DNA from: Actinomycetota bacterium
GTDB taxonomy: Bacteria; Actinomycetota; Actinomycetes; Nanopelagicales; Nanopelagicaceae
Direction of reading: 5' to 3'
Assembly (NCBI GenBank): GCA_026392935.1
Contig: JAPLBE010000013.1
Coordinates: forward strand, 22,865-86,864
DNA: 64,000 bases
Under the pieces are notes generated by a model. It searched no databases. It worked only from the letters and a program-made list of their open reading frames with translations, and was not told the origin of the DNA. This document shows positions 19,775-30,554 of the stretch, piece after piece. Position 1 is the first letter of the stretch, and each line of letters opens with the position of its first letter. A program made the translations under genes and the position numbers.

Positions 19775-20968
19775 ATGACGACCATGCAAGAACTAGCTGG
19801 CCACTTTGGTCCATACGGTGGTCGCTTTGTTCCCGAAGCCCTCATTGGTGCACTTGAAGAACTCGATGCTGCTCGCATTGCCGCACAGACTGATCCACTA
19901 TTTATCGAAGAGCTAGCCGAACTTCACCGTACGTATACGGGACGACCTAGCATCATCACAGAAGCTACACGATTTGCTGAACATGCTGGTGGCGCTCGAA
20001 TTATCTTGAAGCGTGAAGATTTAAATCACACAGGAAGTCACAAGATTAATAACGTACTAGGGCAAGCACTTCTTACTAAACGCATGGGCAAAAAACGAAT
20101 TATCGCCGAAACCGGAGCGGGTCAACATGGAGTTGCATCAGCAACTGCAGCAGCGCTCATGGGTCTGGATTGTGTTGTGTACATGGGAGAAGAGGATACG
20201 AAGCGACAGGCTCTTAACGTTGCGCGCATGAAATTGCTAGGTGCAGAAGTAATTCCAGTTACATCTGGCTCAAAAACTTTAAAGGATGCAATTAATGAGG
20301 CGATGAGAGATTGGGTTACCAATGTCGCGACAACTCACTACTTACTTGGCACCGTTGCAGGACCGCATCCATTCCCATCCATGGTTCGGGATTTTCACAA
20401 AATAATTGGTGAAGAAGCGCGAGAACAAGTTCTAGAACTCACCGGGAGATTGCCTGATGCGGTTATGGCATGTGTCGGTGGTGGCTCAAATGCAATCGGA
20501 ATATTCCACCCTTTTATCTCAGATCACGACGTTCGCCTTATTGGTTTAGAAGCAGCGGGTGACGGAGTTGAAACCGGTCGCCATGCAGCAACGATTACCG
20601 GTGGTTCACCGGGTGTGCTTCACGGAAATCGCACATACGTATTGCAAGACGAAAATGGTCAAACCATTGAATCTCATTCAATTTCGGCAGGTCTTGACTA
20701 TCCCGGTGTGGGGCCAGAACATGCTTACCTACATGACATCGGCCGTGCTGAGTATCGCGCAATTACAGATGCACAAGCGATGGAAGCTTTCTCAATTCTT
20801 TCAAAGACTGAAGGAATTATTCCCGCAATCGAAACCGCGCATGCGTTAGCTGGGGCAATGCAGGTTGGAAAAGAACTTGGCCCAACAGCCATCATTCTGA
20901 TTAATCTTTCAGGTCGCGGAGATAAAGATGTACAAACTGCGGCGCAGTACTTTGGAATTCCACTATAA
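19775..20968 (+). CDS. trpB: Tryptophan synthase beta chain
   Basis: [13 protein letters not shown] and [11 protein letters not shown] (PLP lysine). ATG 19775 has a TAGTCT box 6 nt upstream. TTG 19769 is the alternative start. Confidence 0.95.
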   Translation: MTTMQELAGHFGPYGGRFVPEALIGALEELDAARIAAQTDPLFIEELAELHRTYTGRPSIITEATRFAEHAGGARIILKREDLNHTGSHKINNVLGQALLTKRMGKKRIIAETGAGQHGVASATAAALMGLDCVVYMGEEDTKRQALNVARMKLLGAEVIPVTSGSKTLKDAINEAMRDWVTNVATTHYLLGTVAGPHPFPSMVRDFHKIIGEEAREQVLELTGRLPDAVMACVGGGSNAIGIFHPFISDHDVRLIGLEAAGDGVETGRHAATITGGSPGVLHGNRTYVLQDENGQTIESHSISAGLDYPGVGPEHAYLHDIGRAEYRAITDAQAMEAFSILSKTEGIIPAIETAHALAGAMQVGKELGPTAIILINLSGRGDKDVQTAAQYFGIPL

Positions 20969-21772
20969 ATGTCAACGCCCCTTGAATCACTTTTTGTAAA
21001 GGTCCGCGCAGAGAACCGTGCAGCACTCATTGCCTATATTCCAGCGGGTTTTCCTAGCCAAGCTGGTTGCAAGAAGATAATCAAGGCTTTCGTCGATGGC
21101 GGAGTAGATGCCATTGAAATTGGTTTTCCGTACAGCGATCCGGTTATGGATGGACCAACTATCCAAGCGGCCGCAGATCAAGCTCTTTCACAAGGTACTG
21201 GAGCCGCTGAGGTATTTGACGCATTGAAATGTGCAACAGAGTTAGGTGTACCAGCAGTTGTCATGACCTACTGGAACCCAATCGAAAAGTACGGCGTTGA
21301 AAAATTCGCTCAAGCAATTGCCGACAATGGCGGATCTGGTGTTATCACCCCAGATCTGACTATTGAAGAATCCGCAGAATGGAAAACTGCAGTTGAGAAA
21401 ATTGGAATAAATCCAATTTATGTAGTGGCGCCCAGCACAACCGATTCACGTTTAGGCCAAGTAACCGCTCGTTGTTCTGGCTTTGTATATGTCGCAAGTC
21501 TCATGGGTGTAACTGGAACACGCGCTGCAGTTTCAAGTGGTGCACCAGATTTGGTGTCACGAGTTCGATCTGTCACAGACACACCAGTCGCGGTCGGACT
21601 TGGCGTATCAACTCGCGAACAGGCAAAAGGTGTCGCAGGTTACGCCGATGGAGTCATTGTGGGGTCAGCATTTATTAATAGAATTATCGAGGCGACAGAT
21701 GAAGCGGCTGGCGTCCAAGCGGTACAAGAGTTAGCGAAACAACTTTCCTTAGGAGTGCGTGAAGGACGATGA
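20969..21772 (+). CDS. trpA: Tryptophan synthase alpha chain
   Basis: Starts on the base after the trpB stop. IEIGFPYSDPVMDGPTIQ motif. Confidence 0.95.
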   Translation: MSTPLESLFVKVRAENRAALIAYIPAGFPSQAGCKKIIKAFVDGGVDAIEIGFPYSDPVMDGPTIQAAADQALSQGTGAAEVFDALKCATELGVPAVVMTYWNPIEKYGVEKFAQAIADNGGSGVITPDLTIEESAEWKTAVEKIGINPIYVVAPSTTDSRLGQVTARCSGFVYVASLMGVTGTRAAVSSGAPDLVSRVRSVTDTPVAVGLGVSTREQAKGVAGYADGVIVGSAFINRIIEATDEAAGVQAVQELAKQLSLGVREGR

Positions 21773-22263
21773 CGGCAATTAAGCCTTGGCTCGGATTGAT
21801 TTCCCGGTTAGTACTCGGGGGAGTCTTGCTTGCAGCGGGTTTACTTAAATTCCAGCATTTAGATAAATCGCAGATGGCTGTGCGTGCATATGAGATGTTG
21901 CCAGTTGGCATTGCAAATTTTATTGGGATTGTTTTACCGTTTCTTGAAATAGGAATGGGATTACTACTCATTCTCGGCGCCGCTACTCGCAGCATGGGAT
22001 TTGCCGGTGCTGCGCTCATGGTGGTTTTCGTTATTGGAATTTCACAAGCGTGGGCCCGAGGACTTTCAATCGATTGCGGCTGTTTTGGCGGTGGGGGCCA
22101 AGTTGAGCCAGGAACTGCGAGCTATTTGCCAGAACTCCTGCGTGATGGTGGCCTGGCCGCATTGGGGATTTACCTTTTTCTCTTCCCACAAAGTAAATTT
22201 GCCCTTGATAAATTTGCCACAACCAAGAAACTAGACCAAAAGGAAAACCAAGATGAGCAGTAA
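21769..22263 (+). CDS. MauE/DoxX-family redox-associated membrane protein
   Basis: ATGA overlap with trpA. Four or so hydrophobic helices and a CGCFGG motif. Overlaps the following DsbA-like gene by 11 nt. Confidence 0.75.
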   Translation: MTAIKPWLGLISRLVLGGVLLAAGLLKFQHLDKSQMAVRAYEMLPVGIANFIGIVLPFLEIGMGLLLILGAATRSMGFAGAALMVVFVIGISQAWARGLSIDCGCFGGGGQVEPGTASYLPELLRDGGLAALGIYLFLFPQSKFALDKFATTKKLDQKENQDEQ

Positions 22264-22927
22264 GCAACAACCTGGAAAAGACAATTTTACTCGCAACTTA
22301 GTAATTGGTGTTGTCGTAGGCGTTGTTCTCATAATGCTCGTACCTACACTACTTTCAAAGCAGACCAAAACCGATGCTGCTATCCCAACATTTGCTTCAG
22401 CTGTACATGGCTATGGAATTACATACAACGCAGATCTAAAGGATGTTCCAGTTATCGATATTTACGAAGATTTCCAATGCCCGGTCTGTGCACAGTTTGA
22501 GGCAGCACAAGGTGATTACCTCGAGTCTCTGATTGCCGATAAGAAAGCTACCGTTGTTTATCACACTCTTTCATTCTTAGGTCCAGAGTCCATTGCCTCT
22601 GCAAATGCTGCTGCATGTGCGGCTGATGAAAGTAAATTCCTAGATTTCCACAAAATGCTTTATACCAATCAACCAAAAGAGAACTCGGGCGCTTGGTCTA
22701 ATGCCGCTCTCGCTGAAGCTGGCAAATCTGTCGGACTCACTTCGCAGAAATTTGCATCATGTGTAAACAAGGGAAAGTTTGCAGATTGGGTTGGCAACGT
22801 TGCGGCTGAAGGTGCAAAGAAGAATGTGAATTCAACTCCAACAGTGTTTATCAATGGCAAAGAGCTCAATCGTGGAAATGATTACTACGATCGTAATTTG
22901 TTTAAAGCCGCAGTAGAGCGCGGATAG
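22253..22927 (+). CDS. Membrane-anchored DsbA-like thiol:disulfide oxidoreductase
   Basis: N-terminal TM anchor and a thioredoxin fold with a CPVC active site (IYEDFQCPVCAQFE). Confidence 0.85.
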   Translation: MSSKQQPGKDNFTRNLVIGVVVGVVLIMLVPTLLSKQTKTDAAIPTFASAVHGYGITYNADLKDVPVIDIYEDFQCPVCAQFEAAQGDYLESLIADKKATVVYHTLSFLGPESIASANAAACAADESKFLDFHKMLYTNQPKENSGAWSNAALAEAGKSVGLTSQKFASCVNKGKFADWVGNVAAEGAKKNVNSTPTVFINGKELNRGNDYYDRNLFKAAVERG

Positions 22928-22930
22928 TTC

Positions 22931-23737
22931 TTGCGCTTTGCAATTCCAACGCCGACAACGTCAGCGTTTGAAATTGGCCCTCTCACGATTCACTTTTATG
23001 CGCTCTGCATCATCGTTGGTGTAGCAGCTGCGATTTGGCTCGGTAATAAACGTTTCTGTGCCTATACCGAAAATGGTCATGGTGTTGTTGCCGATGTTGC
23101 AATCTTTGCAGTCCCCGCAGGAGTGATTGGTGGACGCATCTATCACGTTCTTACAACGCCTGAAGACTATTTTGGTCGCGATGGAAATCTTCTTGATGTC
23201 GTAAAAATTTGGAATGGTGGCCTTGGCATTTGGGGGGCAATATCTTTAGGCGCAGTTGCTGCTCTGATTAGCTACCGTTACATGGCACGAAAGAAAGCTC
23301 TTCCATCCTTTCTTGTTTTTGCCGATGCCATTGCACCTGGATTGTTAATCGCACAAGGAATAGGTCGATGGGGAAACTGGTTTAACGGTGAATTATTTGG
23401 CAGGCCATTCAATGCGCCATGGGCGTTAGAAATTCCCGAATACGCAAGACCACCCAGCTTTGAATCATTCGAAACGTTTCATCCAACATTTCTTTATGAA
23501 TCTTTCTGGTGCTTCGCAGTTGCAGCAATTTTGATTGCTCTTGGTAACCGAAGAAAAGCAGGCTTCATATTTTCACAATACGTACTTTTTTATGCCGTGG
23601 GACGTTTCTTTATCGAGGGAATACGCATAGATCGTGCACACGAATGGGCAGGACTGCGACTTAATCAGTACATCGCAATACTTACCGTGGCGGGCGCTTT
23701 AACCTCCCTCCTCAAGATTTCCCGCGGCGCGCGGTAG
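22931..23737 (+). CDS. lgt: Prolipoprotein diacylglyceryl transferase
   Basis: 268-aa polytopic ORF with a TTG start. Motifs GGRIYHV and GRWGNWFNGELFG. Confidence 0.93.
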   Translation: MRFAIPTPTTSAFEIGPLTIHFYALCIIVGVAAAIWLGNKRFCAYTENGHGVVADVAIFAVPAGVIGGRIYHVLTTPEDYFGRDGNLLDVVKIWNGGLGIWGAISLGAVAALISYRYMARKKALPSFLVFADAIAPGLLIAQGIGRWGNWFNGELFGRPFNAPWALEIPEYARPPSFESFETFHPTFLYESFWCFAVAAILIALGNRRKAGFIFSQYVLFYAVGRFFIEGIRIDRAHEWAGLRLNQYIAILTVAGALTSLLKISRGAR

Positions 23738-23746
23738 GCTTGTCAC

Positions 23747-24460
23747 ATGGCTTTAGAAGATGTCTATCAACGCAACCTCCATCACCGTACTCATAGAGCG
23801 GGTTGGTTGCGTGCTGCAGTATTGGGTGCAAATGATGGACTGGTTTCTACTGCAAGTTTGATGATCGGTGTTGCAGCTGCACGAACTGGCGAACAAGGTT
23901 TCTTGGTCACAGCTGGAGCGGCAGGAATTGTTGCCGGTGCAATGTCGATGGCAGTCGGTGAATATGTCTCTGTGCGTTCACAAAATGATATTGAAGAATC
24001 TGATCGCTTGCTTGAGATTCAACATCTTGCCATCGATCCAGAAGGCGAATTCGAAGAACTCGTGCATATTTATATTCAACGTGGATTATCTCGTGAACTC
24101 GCAGTGCAAGTTGTTGAAGCTATGCATAAGAGAGATCCATTAGAAGCGCACCTTCGCGATGAATTAGGTCAGCATCCACATACAAAAGCCCGCCCAGTTC
24201 AGGCAGCTGTTGCATCTGCGCTCTCATTTACTCTCGGTGGATTGATTCCATTTGCAGGCGCCTTCGCACCGACTTCCGGTGCTGCCGCAACGAGCATTGT
24301 CAGCTTCACTATCGTTGGATTGATTGCCACCGGCGTAATAAGCGCACGCACAGCCGGCTCCAAGATTATGGTTCCCACCTTGCGCGTGATCGGTGGCGGT
24401 ATTTTAGGCATGGCCATCACTGCAGGAATCGGGCAAGCTCTACATGTGAGTGGCATCTAG
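23747..24460 (+). CDS. VIT1/CCC1-family iron/manganese transporter
   Basis: GANDGLVSTASLMIGVA motif and C-terminal TM helices. A TAGGCT box lies 6 nt upstream of the ATG. Confidence 0.85.
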   Translation: MALEDVYQRNLHHRTHRAGWLRAAVLGANDGLVSTASLMIGVAAARTGEQGFLVTAGAAGIVAGAMSMAVGEYVSVRSQNDIEESDRLLEIQHLAIDPEGEFEELVHIYIQRGLSRELAVQVVEAMHKRDPLEAHLRDELGQHPHTKARPVQAAVASALSFTLGGLIPFAGAFAPTSGAAATSIVSFTIVGLIATGVISARTAGSKIMVPTLRVIGGGILGMAITAGIGQALHVSGI

Positions 24461-24511
24461 CCCACCCCCTTGCTACCCTTTCTCCAGTAACACTTATCAA
24501 GTCGGGCCAAT

Positions 24512-24545
24512 GTTGTCCCTTTGCAATTCGAATAAAAAGGACAAC
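24512..24545 (+). promoter_or_regulatory. Hairpin whose 3' arm contains the probable gltB SD
   Basis: GTTGTCC(C)TTT pairs with AAAGGACAAC (10 bp, one bulge, 13-nt loop). AAAGGA sits 9-10 nt before ATG 24551. No U-tract follows. Confidence 0.35.
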
Positions 24546-24550
24546 GGGTT

Positions 24551-27500
24551 ATGGCACTTTCTTCTAATTACCCCGCAGCGCAGGGACTCTACGATCCTGC
24601 TCAAGAACATGATGCGTGCGGTGTTGCGATGGTCGCTACCCTAAATAAAATTCCTACACACGACATAGTTGAAAAAGCGCTTACCGCACTTCGCAATCTT
24701 GAACATCGTGGCGCATCTGGTGCTGAACCAGATAGTGGTGATGGTGCTGGAATCCTGATTCGTGTACCTGATGCTTTCTATCGCGCAGAAACTAAATTTG
24801 AACTTCCGGCTGAGGGTTCATATGCAACAGGAATTGCATTTATTGCTCAGGGCGCTGAAGTTCGTGCTGATATTGAAAAACTTGCAACTGAAGAAGGCCT
24901 TTCAGTTCTTGGTTGGCGCGAACTCCCAATTAACTCAAAATCGCTGGGCAAGACTGCAGTTTCTGTCATGCCAAAGTTCGAACAACTCTTTGTTGCTGGA
25001 AAGAAGAACGAATCTGGAATTGTGCTTGACCGTTTAGCGTTTGCTCTCCGTAAGCGCGCAGAGCACACCCTCGATCTTTATTTTCCTTCGCTTTCATCCC
25101 AAACCATTGTTTACAAGGGAATGCTTACAACAGGTCAGCTGGAAGAATTCTTCCCAGATCTCAGTGATGTTCGCGTAGTTTCTCCACTTGCTCTCGTGCA
25201 CTCACGTTTTTCTACAAACACATTCCCATCATGGCCGTTAGCCCACCCTTATCGCTTTATCGCCCACAATGGAGAAATCAATACAGTTAAGGGAAACCGT
25301 AACTGGATGCGTGCACGTGAGTCTCTTCTTGCAAGTGATGTAATTGGTGGAGACCTCAAGCGACTCTTTCCGATTGTTGAAATGTCAGGATCTGACTCAG
25401 CGTCTTTCGATGAAGTTCTAGAACTTCTCTACCTTGGAGGACGTTCACTTCCACATGCAGTGTTGATGATGATTCCTGAAGCATGGGAAAACCACGCAAC
25501 AATGTCTGCCAAGCGTCGTGATTTCTATGCATTCCACGCTTCACTTATGGAGCCATGGGACGGACCAGCATGTGTGACATTTACTGACGGCCACCAAGTG
25601 GGTGCTGTACTCGATCGCAACGGACTTCGTCCATCAAGGTTTTGGGTAACCGATGACGGCATCGTCGTGCTTGCATCTGAAGTAGGAGTATTGGATTTCC
25701 CCGCAGAAAAGATTGTTCGCAAGGGTCGCCTGCAGCCTGGCAAAATGTTCTTAGTTGATATCGAAGCAGGTCGCATCATTGAAGATGATGAGATAAAAGA
25801 TTCGCTTGCAGATGCCGCTCCGTACGGAAAATGGGTCTCTGATGGAATGATCAAGCTCTCTGATCTTCCTTCACGCGAACACATTATTTATCCACACAAA
25901 TCTGTTATCCGTCGCCAAAAAGCTTTTGGATACACAGAAGAAGAAATCAAAATCATTGTTACTCCAATGGCAAAGGGTGGGGGAGAAGCCCTGGGTTCTA
26001 TGGGCACTGATACTCCAATCGCCGCACTCTCAGCAAAGCCTCGTCTCCTCTTTGATTACTTCACTCAGCTTTTTGCGCAAGTGACTAACCCACCGCTTGA
26101 TGCTATTCGTGAAGAGTTAGTTACAAGCCTTGGTGGATCTATTGGCCCTGAGCACAACTTGCTCGATCCTGGTCCAGAATCTTGTAAGCAAATCTCCATT
26201 GCATTCCCGGTAATTGACAATGATGAACTCGCAAAAATCATTCACGTAAATGCTGATGATGACTATCCAGAATTACAGTCTTATGTTGTACGTGGACTTT
26301 TCCCAGTAACTGGAGACGGAAACACACTGCGCACTCGTCTTGAAGAAATTAAGAAGGAAGTTTCACAAGCGATTTCGGAAGGTGCGCGCGTCATTGTTTT
26401 GTCAGATCGCGATGGCGACGCTGAAGATTGCCCAATTCCGTCATTGCTACTTACTGCAACAGTTCACCACCACCTTATTCGTGAAAAGACTCGCACAAAG
26501 GTGGGTCTAGTAGTAGAGGCTGGCGATGTTCGCGAAGTTCACCACGTTGCACTACTTATTGGTTATGGCGCAGCAGCAGTGAATCCATATCTTGTAATGG
26601 AAACAGCTGAGGATTTAGTAAATCAGGGTGTCATCACGGGAATTACTCCAGAGAAGGCAGTGCGTAACGTTATCAAGGCTCTTGGCAAGGGTGTCTTGAA
26701 GGTTATGTCGAAGATGGGAATCTCAACTATCGCTTCTTACACAGGTGCCCAAGTATTTGAAGCCATTGGACTTGCCCAAAATGTTGTCGATGAATTCTTC
26801 GTAGGAACAACCTCACGACTTGGCGGAGTTGATCTCGATGTGATTGCTGAAGAGACAATTAAGCGCCATCACTTCGCATACCCAGTCGGCGGAGAAATTC
26901 CTGGTGCAAAGCGCTTAGCCGTAGGTGGCGAGTACCAGTGGCGCCGCGATGGTGAACCACACTTATTCAATCCTGAAACTGTTTTTGCTCTTCAACACTC
27001 AACACGCAATAAGCGTTATGACATTTTCAAGCGATACACCGACAAGGTTAATGATCAGTGTAAAACTTTAATGACCCTTCGCGGTCTCTTCAGATTTAAA
27101 GAGGGCGAGAGAGCGCCAATTTCAATCGACGAGGTTGAACCAATTTCAGAGATTGTTAAGCGATTCTCAACAGGTGCGATGTCGTATGGCTCTGTCTCGC
27201 AAGAGGTGCACGAAACTTTAGCTATCGCCATGAATCGTCTTGGAGCAAAATCAAATACAGGTGAAGGTGGAGAAGATCCAGCTCGCTTTATTCCGATGGC
27301 TAATGGCGATTCAAAGAAGAGTGCAATCAAGCAGGTTGCATCGGGTCGCTTTGGAGTAACTAGTAACTACTTAATCAATGCAACTGATATTCAGATTAAA
27401 ATTGCGCAGGGCGCTAAGCCTGGTGAAGGTGGGCAGTTGCCTGGTTACAAGGTGTACCCATGGGTTGCCAAAGCTCGTTATTCAACTCCAGGTGTTGGAC

Positions 27501-29068
27501 TTATTTCTCCACCACCGCATCACGATATTTATTCAATTGAAGATCTTGCACAGTTAATTCACGATCTTAAGAATGCAAATAAGGATGCTCGAGTTCACGT
27601 GAAGTTAGTTGCTGAAGTCGGTGTAGGAACAGTTGCTGCTGGTGTCTCGAAGGCGCACGCTGATGTTGTTCTAATCTCCGGCCATGATGGTGGCACTGGT
27701 GCATCACCGCTGACATCACTTAAGCATGCAGGAGCTCCATGGGAGCTTGGTCTAGCTGAAACACAACAAACTCTTCTGCTCAATAAGTTACGTGACAGAA
27801 TCGTTGTGCAAGCAGATGGCCAACTAAAGACTGGTCGTGACGTTGTAATTGCGGCCCTTCTTGGCGCCGAAGAGTATGGCTTTGCAACAGCTCCACTCGT
27901 TGTCTCTGGTTGCATCATGATGCGCGTATGCCACTTGGATACTTGCCCAGTTGGAGTAGCAACTCAAAATCCAGAACTACGTAAGAAGTTCACTGGAAAA
28001 CCAGAGTTTGTAGAAACTTTCTTTGAATACATTGCCGAAGAAGTTCGTGAAATCTTGGCTTCGCTTGGATTTAAGACATTGCAAGAAGCAATCGGCCACG
28101 TTGAGTATCTCGATACACGTGATGCCGTAAACCACTGGAAGGCGAGCGGTCTTGACCTCTCTCCACTTCTTGTGCGCCCAGATGTTGATTCACCACTTCA
28201 CAACACCACACAACAAGATCACGGTTTAGCTGCCGCTCTTGATAATCAATTAATTGATCTCGCAAAAGCTGCTCTCGAAAAGGGCGAATCAGTGCGCATT
28301 GATCTTCCAGTACGTAACGTCAACCGCACAGTCGGAACGATGTTGGGTGCAGAGATTACTCGTCGCTATGGCGCAGAGGGACTTCCTGCCGGAACAATAG
28401 ATGTGACTCTCCACGGTTCTGCTGGGCAATCACTCGGAGCATTTATTCCGCAAGGTCTTGCACTTCGCCTTTACGGCGATGCCAATGACTACGTTGGTAA
28501 GGGCATTTCAGGTGGTCGCGTTGTTGTTCGTCCTGATGAGAAAGCTACCTTTGCTTCGGAGAGCAATGTGATTGCAGGAAATGTAATTGGATACGGGGCT
28601 ACATCAGGGGAGATCTTTATCAGAGGTCTCGCTGGTGAACGTTTCTGTGTGCGTAACTCTGGCGCTATAGCAATCGTTGAAGGCGTTGGTGATCATGCCC
28701 TTGAATACATGACTGGTGGCACTGTAATCATTCTCGGTCGTACAGGACGAAACATTGCAGCTGGCATGTCTGGCGGCCGTGCATTTGTACTCGATCTCGA
28801 TACATCTGTGGTCAACGCAGAAATGGTTGATGTACTTGCTGTTCCATCAGACCAGAAAGAAATCTTGCGCAGTTTTGTTTCATCATTCCATGTTGAAACT
28901 GGCTCAATCGTTGCAGAGAAACTTTTGAAAGATTGGGATGCACAACTTTCTCGTTTCTCACTCATCATGCCGCGTGACTACGCAAGAGTGCTTGAAGCAA
29001 TTGAAAAAGCTACCCGTGAAGGTTTGCCTGTCGACGAATACGTTATGGAGGTTGCAGCAAATGGCTGA
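24551..29068 (+). CDS. gltB: Glutamate synthase large subunit
   Basis: 1505-aa ORF. N-terminal Ntn amidotransferase Cys ([10 protein letters not shown]), FMN domain and GXGXG domain. Confidence 0.97.
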   Translation: MALSSNYPAAQGLYDPAQEHDACGVAMVATLNKIPTHDIVEKALTALRNLEHRGASGAEPDSGDGAGILIRVPDAFYRAETKFELPAEGSYATGIAFIAQGAEVRADIEKLATEEGLSVLGWRELPINSKSLGKTAVSVMPKFEQLFVAGKKNESGIVLDRLAFALRKRAEHTLDLYFPSLSSQTIVYKGMLTTGQLEEFFPDLSDVRVVSPLALVHSRFSTNTFPSWPLAHPYRFIAHNGEINTVKGNRNWMRARESLLASDVIGGDLKRLFPIVEMSGSDSASFDEVLELLYLGGRSLPHAVLMMIPEAWENHATMSAKRRDFYAFHASLMEPWDGPACVTFTDGHQVGAVLDRNGLRPSRFWVTDDGIVVLASEVGVLDFPAEKIVRKGRLQPGKMFLVDIEAGRIIEDDEIKDSLADAAPYGKWVSDGMIKLSDLPSREHIIYPHKSVIRRQKAFGYTEEEIKIIVTPMAKGGGEALGSMGTDTPIAALSAKPRLLFDYFTQLFAQVTNPPLDAIREELVTSLGGSIGPEHNLLDPGPESCKQISIAFPVIDNDELAKIIHVNADDDYPELQSYVVRGLFPVTGDGNTLRTRLEEIKKEVSQAISEGARVIVLSDRDGDAEDCPIPSLLLTATVHHHLIREKTRTKVGLVVEAGDVREVHHVALLIGYGAAAVNPYLVMETAEDLVNQGVITGITPEKAVRNVIKALGKGVLKVMSKMGISTIASYTGAQVFEAIGLAQNVVDEFFVGTTSRLGGVDLDVIAEETIKRHHFAYPVGGEIPGAKRLAVGGEYQWRRDGEPHLFNPETVFALQHSTRNKRYDIFKRYTDKVNDQCKTLMTLRGLFRFKEGERAPISIDEVEPISEIVKRFSTGAMSYGSVSQEVHETLAIAMNRLGAKSNTGEGGEDPARFIPMANGDSKKSAIKQVASGRFGVTSNYLINATDIQIKIAQGAKPGEGGQLPGYKVYPWVAKARYSTPGVGLISPPPHHDIYSIEDLAQLIHDLKNANKDARVHVKLVAEVGVGTVAAGVSKAHADVVLISGHDGGTGASPLTSLKHAGAPWELGLAETQQTLLLNKLRDRIVVQADGQLKTGRDVVIAALLGAEEYGFATAPLVVSGCIMMRVCHLDTCPVGVATQNPELRKKFTGKPEFVETFFEYIAEEVREILASLGFKTLQEAIGHVEYLDTRDAVNHWKASGLDLSPLLVRPDVDSPLHNTTQQDHGLAAALDNQLIDLAKAALEKGESVRIDLPVRNVNRTVGTMLGAEITRRYGAEGLPAGTIDVTLHGSAGQSLGAFIPQGLALRLYGDANDYVGKGISGGRVVVRPDEKATFASESNVIAGNVIGYGATSGEIFIRGLAGERFCVRNSGAIAIVEGVGDHALEYMTGGTVIILGRTGRNIAAGMSGGRAFVLDLDTSVVNAEMVDVLAVPSDQKEILRSFVSSFHVETGSIVAEKLLKDWDAQLSRFSLIMPRDYARVLEAIEKATREGLPVDEYVMEVAANG

Positions 29069-30515
29069 TCCAAAAGGATTTATGAATACTCCTCGTGAGA
29101 CTCCCAAGAGACGTCCCGTTGATGTGCGTATTCAAGATTGGCGCGAAGTCTATGAGCCACAATCCATCGAGCACTTGCAGAAGCAAGCAGGTCGTTGCAT
29201 GGATTGCGGAATTCCTTTCTGTCACTCTGGTTGCCCACTAGGTAATCTCATTCCAGAATGGAATGACTTGATGTGGCGCGGGGATAAGAACGAAGCAATT
29301 GATCGCCTCCACGCAACCAATAATTTCCCAGAATTTACGGGTCGTCTCTGCCCTGCTCCATGCGAAACTGCGTGTGTAGTTGGAATTAATCGTGACGCAG
29401 TCACAATTAAGCAGATCGAACTCCGGACAATTGAAGAAGCTTTTGATGCAAATAATGTGAAGCCACTGGCACCGGATCGTCTATCTGGAAAGACTGTTGC
29501 GGTAATTGGTTCTGGGCCAGCTGGACTAGCGGCTGCGCAACAACTTACTCGCGCAGGCCACACTGTTGCGGTTTACGAGCGCGCTGAGAAAATTGGTGGA
29601 TTACTTCGATACGGAATTCCAGAATTTAAAATGGAGAAGCACATCGTTGATCGCAGACTTACACAGATGGAACAAGAAGGAACACGTTTCCGTCCGGGTG
29701 TAAATGTTGGCGTAGACCTAACTGGTTCACAATTGCGCACAAAGTACGACGCGATTGTTCTATCAATCGGGGCAACTCAATGGCGCGATCTAGCAATCCC
29801 TGGTCGCGAAAACAAGGGTGTATATCAAGCAATGGAATTTCTGCCGTGGGGAAATAAGCAAGCCCTTGGTGAAGTTACTGAACCACTGATCAATGTTGCC
29901 GGAAAACACGTGGTCATTCTGGGCGGCGGAGATACAGGGGCAGATTGCCTTGGCACTTCAGTGCGCCAAGGTGCAGCGAGTGTGACTCAACTTGAAATCA
30001 TGCCTCGTCCAACAGAAGAGCGACCATCGGCTCAACCGTGGCCAACGTATCCAATGATTTATCGTGTTTCTAGTGCACATGAAGAACTTGATAATCGAGT
30101 TTTCTCTGTGAGCACGCAAGAATTTGTAGGCGATGGAAATGGAAATCTTAAGGCGCTAAAAATTGTTGAAACGAAATTTGATAATGGGAAGTTTGAGCCA
30201 GTTCCTGGAACTGAAAAAGAAATCCCTGCTGATTTCGTATTCCTGGCAATGGGATTTACTGGACCAGAGAAGTCTGCCCTTATTGATCAACTAGAAGTTG
30301 AACTTGATGAACGTGGAAACATCAAACGTGATGAGAATTTCCAATCATCTGAAGAAGGAATATTTGTAGCCGGAGATGCTGGACGTGGACAGTCACTGAT
30401 TGTGTGGGCAATCGCTGAAGGCCGCTCTGCAGCAGCTGCAGTAGATAGATATCTCGCAGGAGAAACTCAACTCCATTCACCGATTGAACCAACAACGCGA
30501 TCATTAACGGTGTAA
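29061..30515 (+). CDS. gltD: Glutamate synthase small (NADPH) subunit
   Basis: ATG 29061 overlaps the gltB end by 8 nt ([13 protein letters not shown]...). Fe-S cysteines and [10 protein letters not shown]. The ORF-track start at 28938 lies inside gltB. Confidence 0.95.
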   Translation: MADPKGFMNTPRETPKRRPVDVRIQDWREVYEPQSIEHLQKQAGRCMDCGIPFCHSGCPLGNLIPEWNDLMWRGDKNEAIDRLHATNNFPEFTGRLCPAPCETACVVGINRDAVTIKQIELRTIEEAFDANNVKPLAPDRLSGKTVAVIGSGPAGLAAAQQLTRAGHTVAVYERAEKIGGLLRYGIPEFKMEKHIVDRRLTQMEQEGTRFRPGVNVGVDLTGSQLRTKYDAIVLSIGATQWRDLAIPGRENKGVYQAMEFLPWGNKQALGEVTEPLINVAGKHVVILGGGDTGADCLGTSVRQGAASVTQLEIMPRPTEERPSAQPWPTYPMIYRVSSAHEELDNRVFSVSTQEFVGDGNGNLKALKIVETKFDNGKFEPVPGTEKEIPADFVFLAMGFTGPEKSALIDQLEVELDERGNIKRDENFQSSEEGIFVAGDAGRGQSLIVWAIAEGRSAAAAVDRYLAGETQLHSPIEPTTRSLTV

Positions 30516-30554
30516 AACTCGTTAGTACGCATCATCCAAAGATAAGGTAGTCAT

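Noticed and set aside
24484-24506. A possible GlnR box (GTAAC-N6-CAAGT) upstream of gltB
   Set aside because: Only the first half-site resembles the gTnAc/GaAAc consensus I remember. This is too weak to call without a position weight matrix.
24450-24644. 64-aa ORF overlapping the gltB start
   Set aside because: It is out of frame with the strongly conserved GltB N-terminus and has no SD or conserved features. It is mentioned only as a possible short uORF in the hairpin finding.
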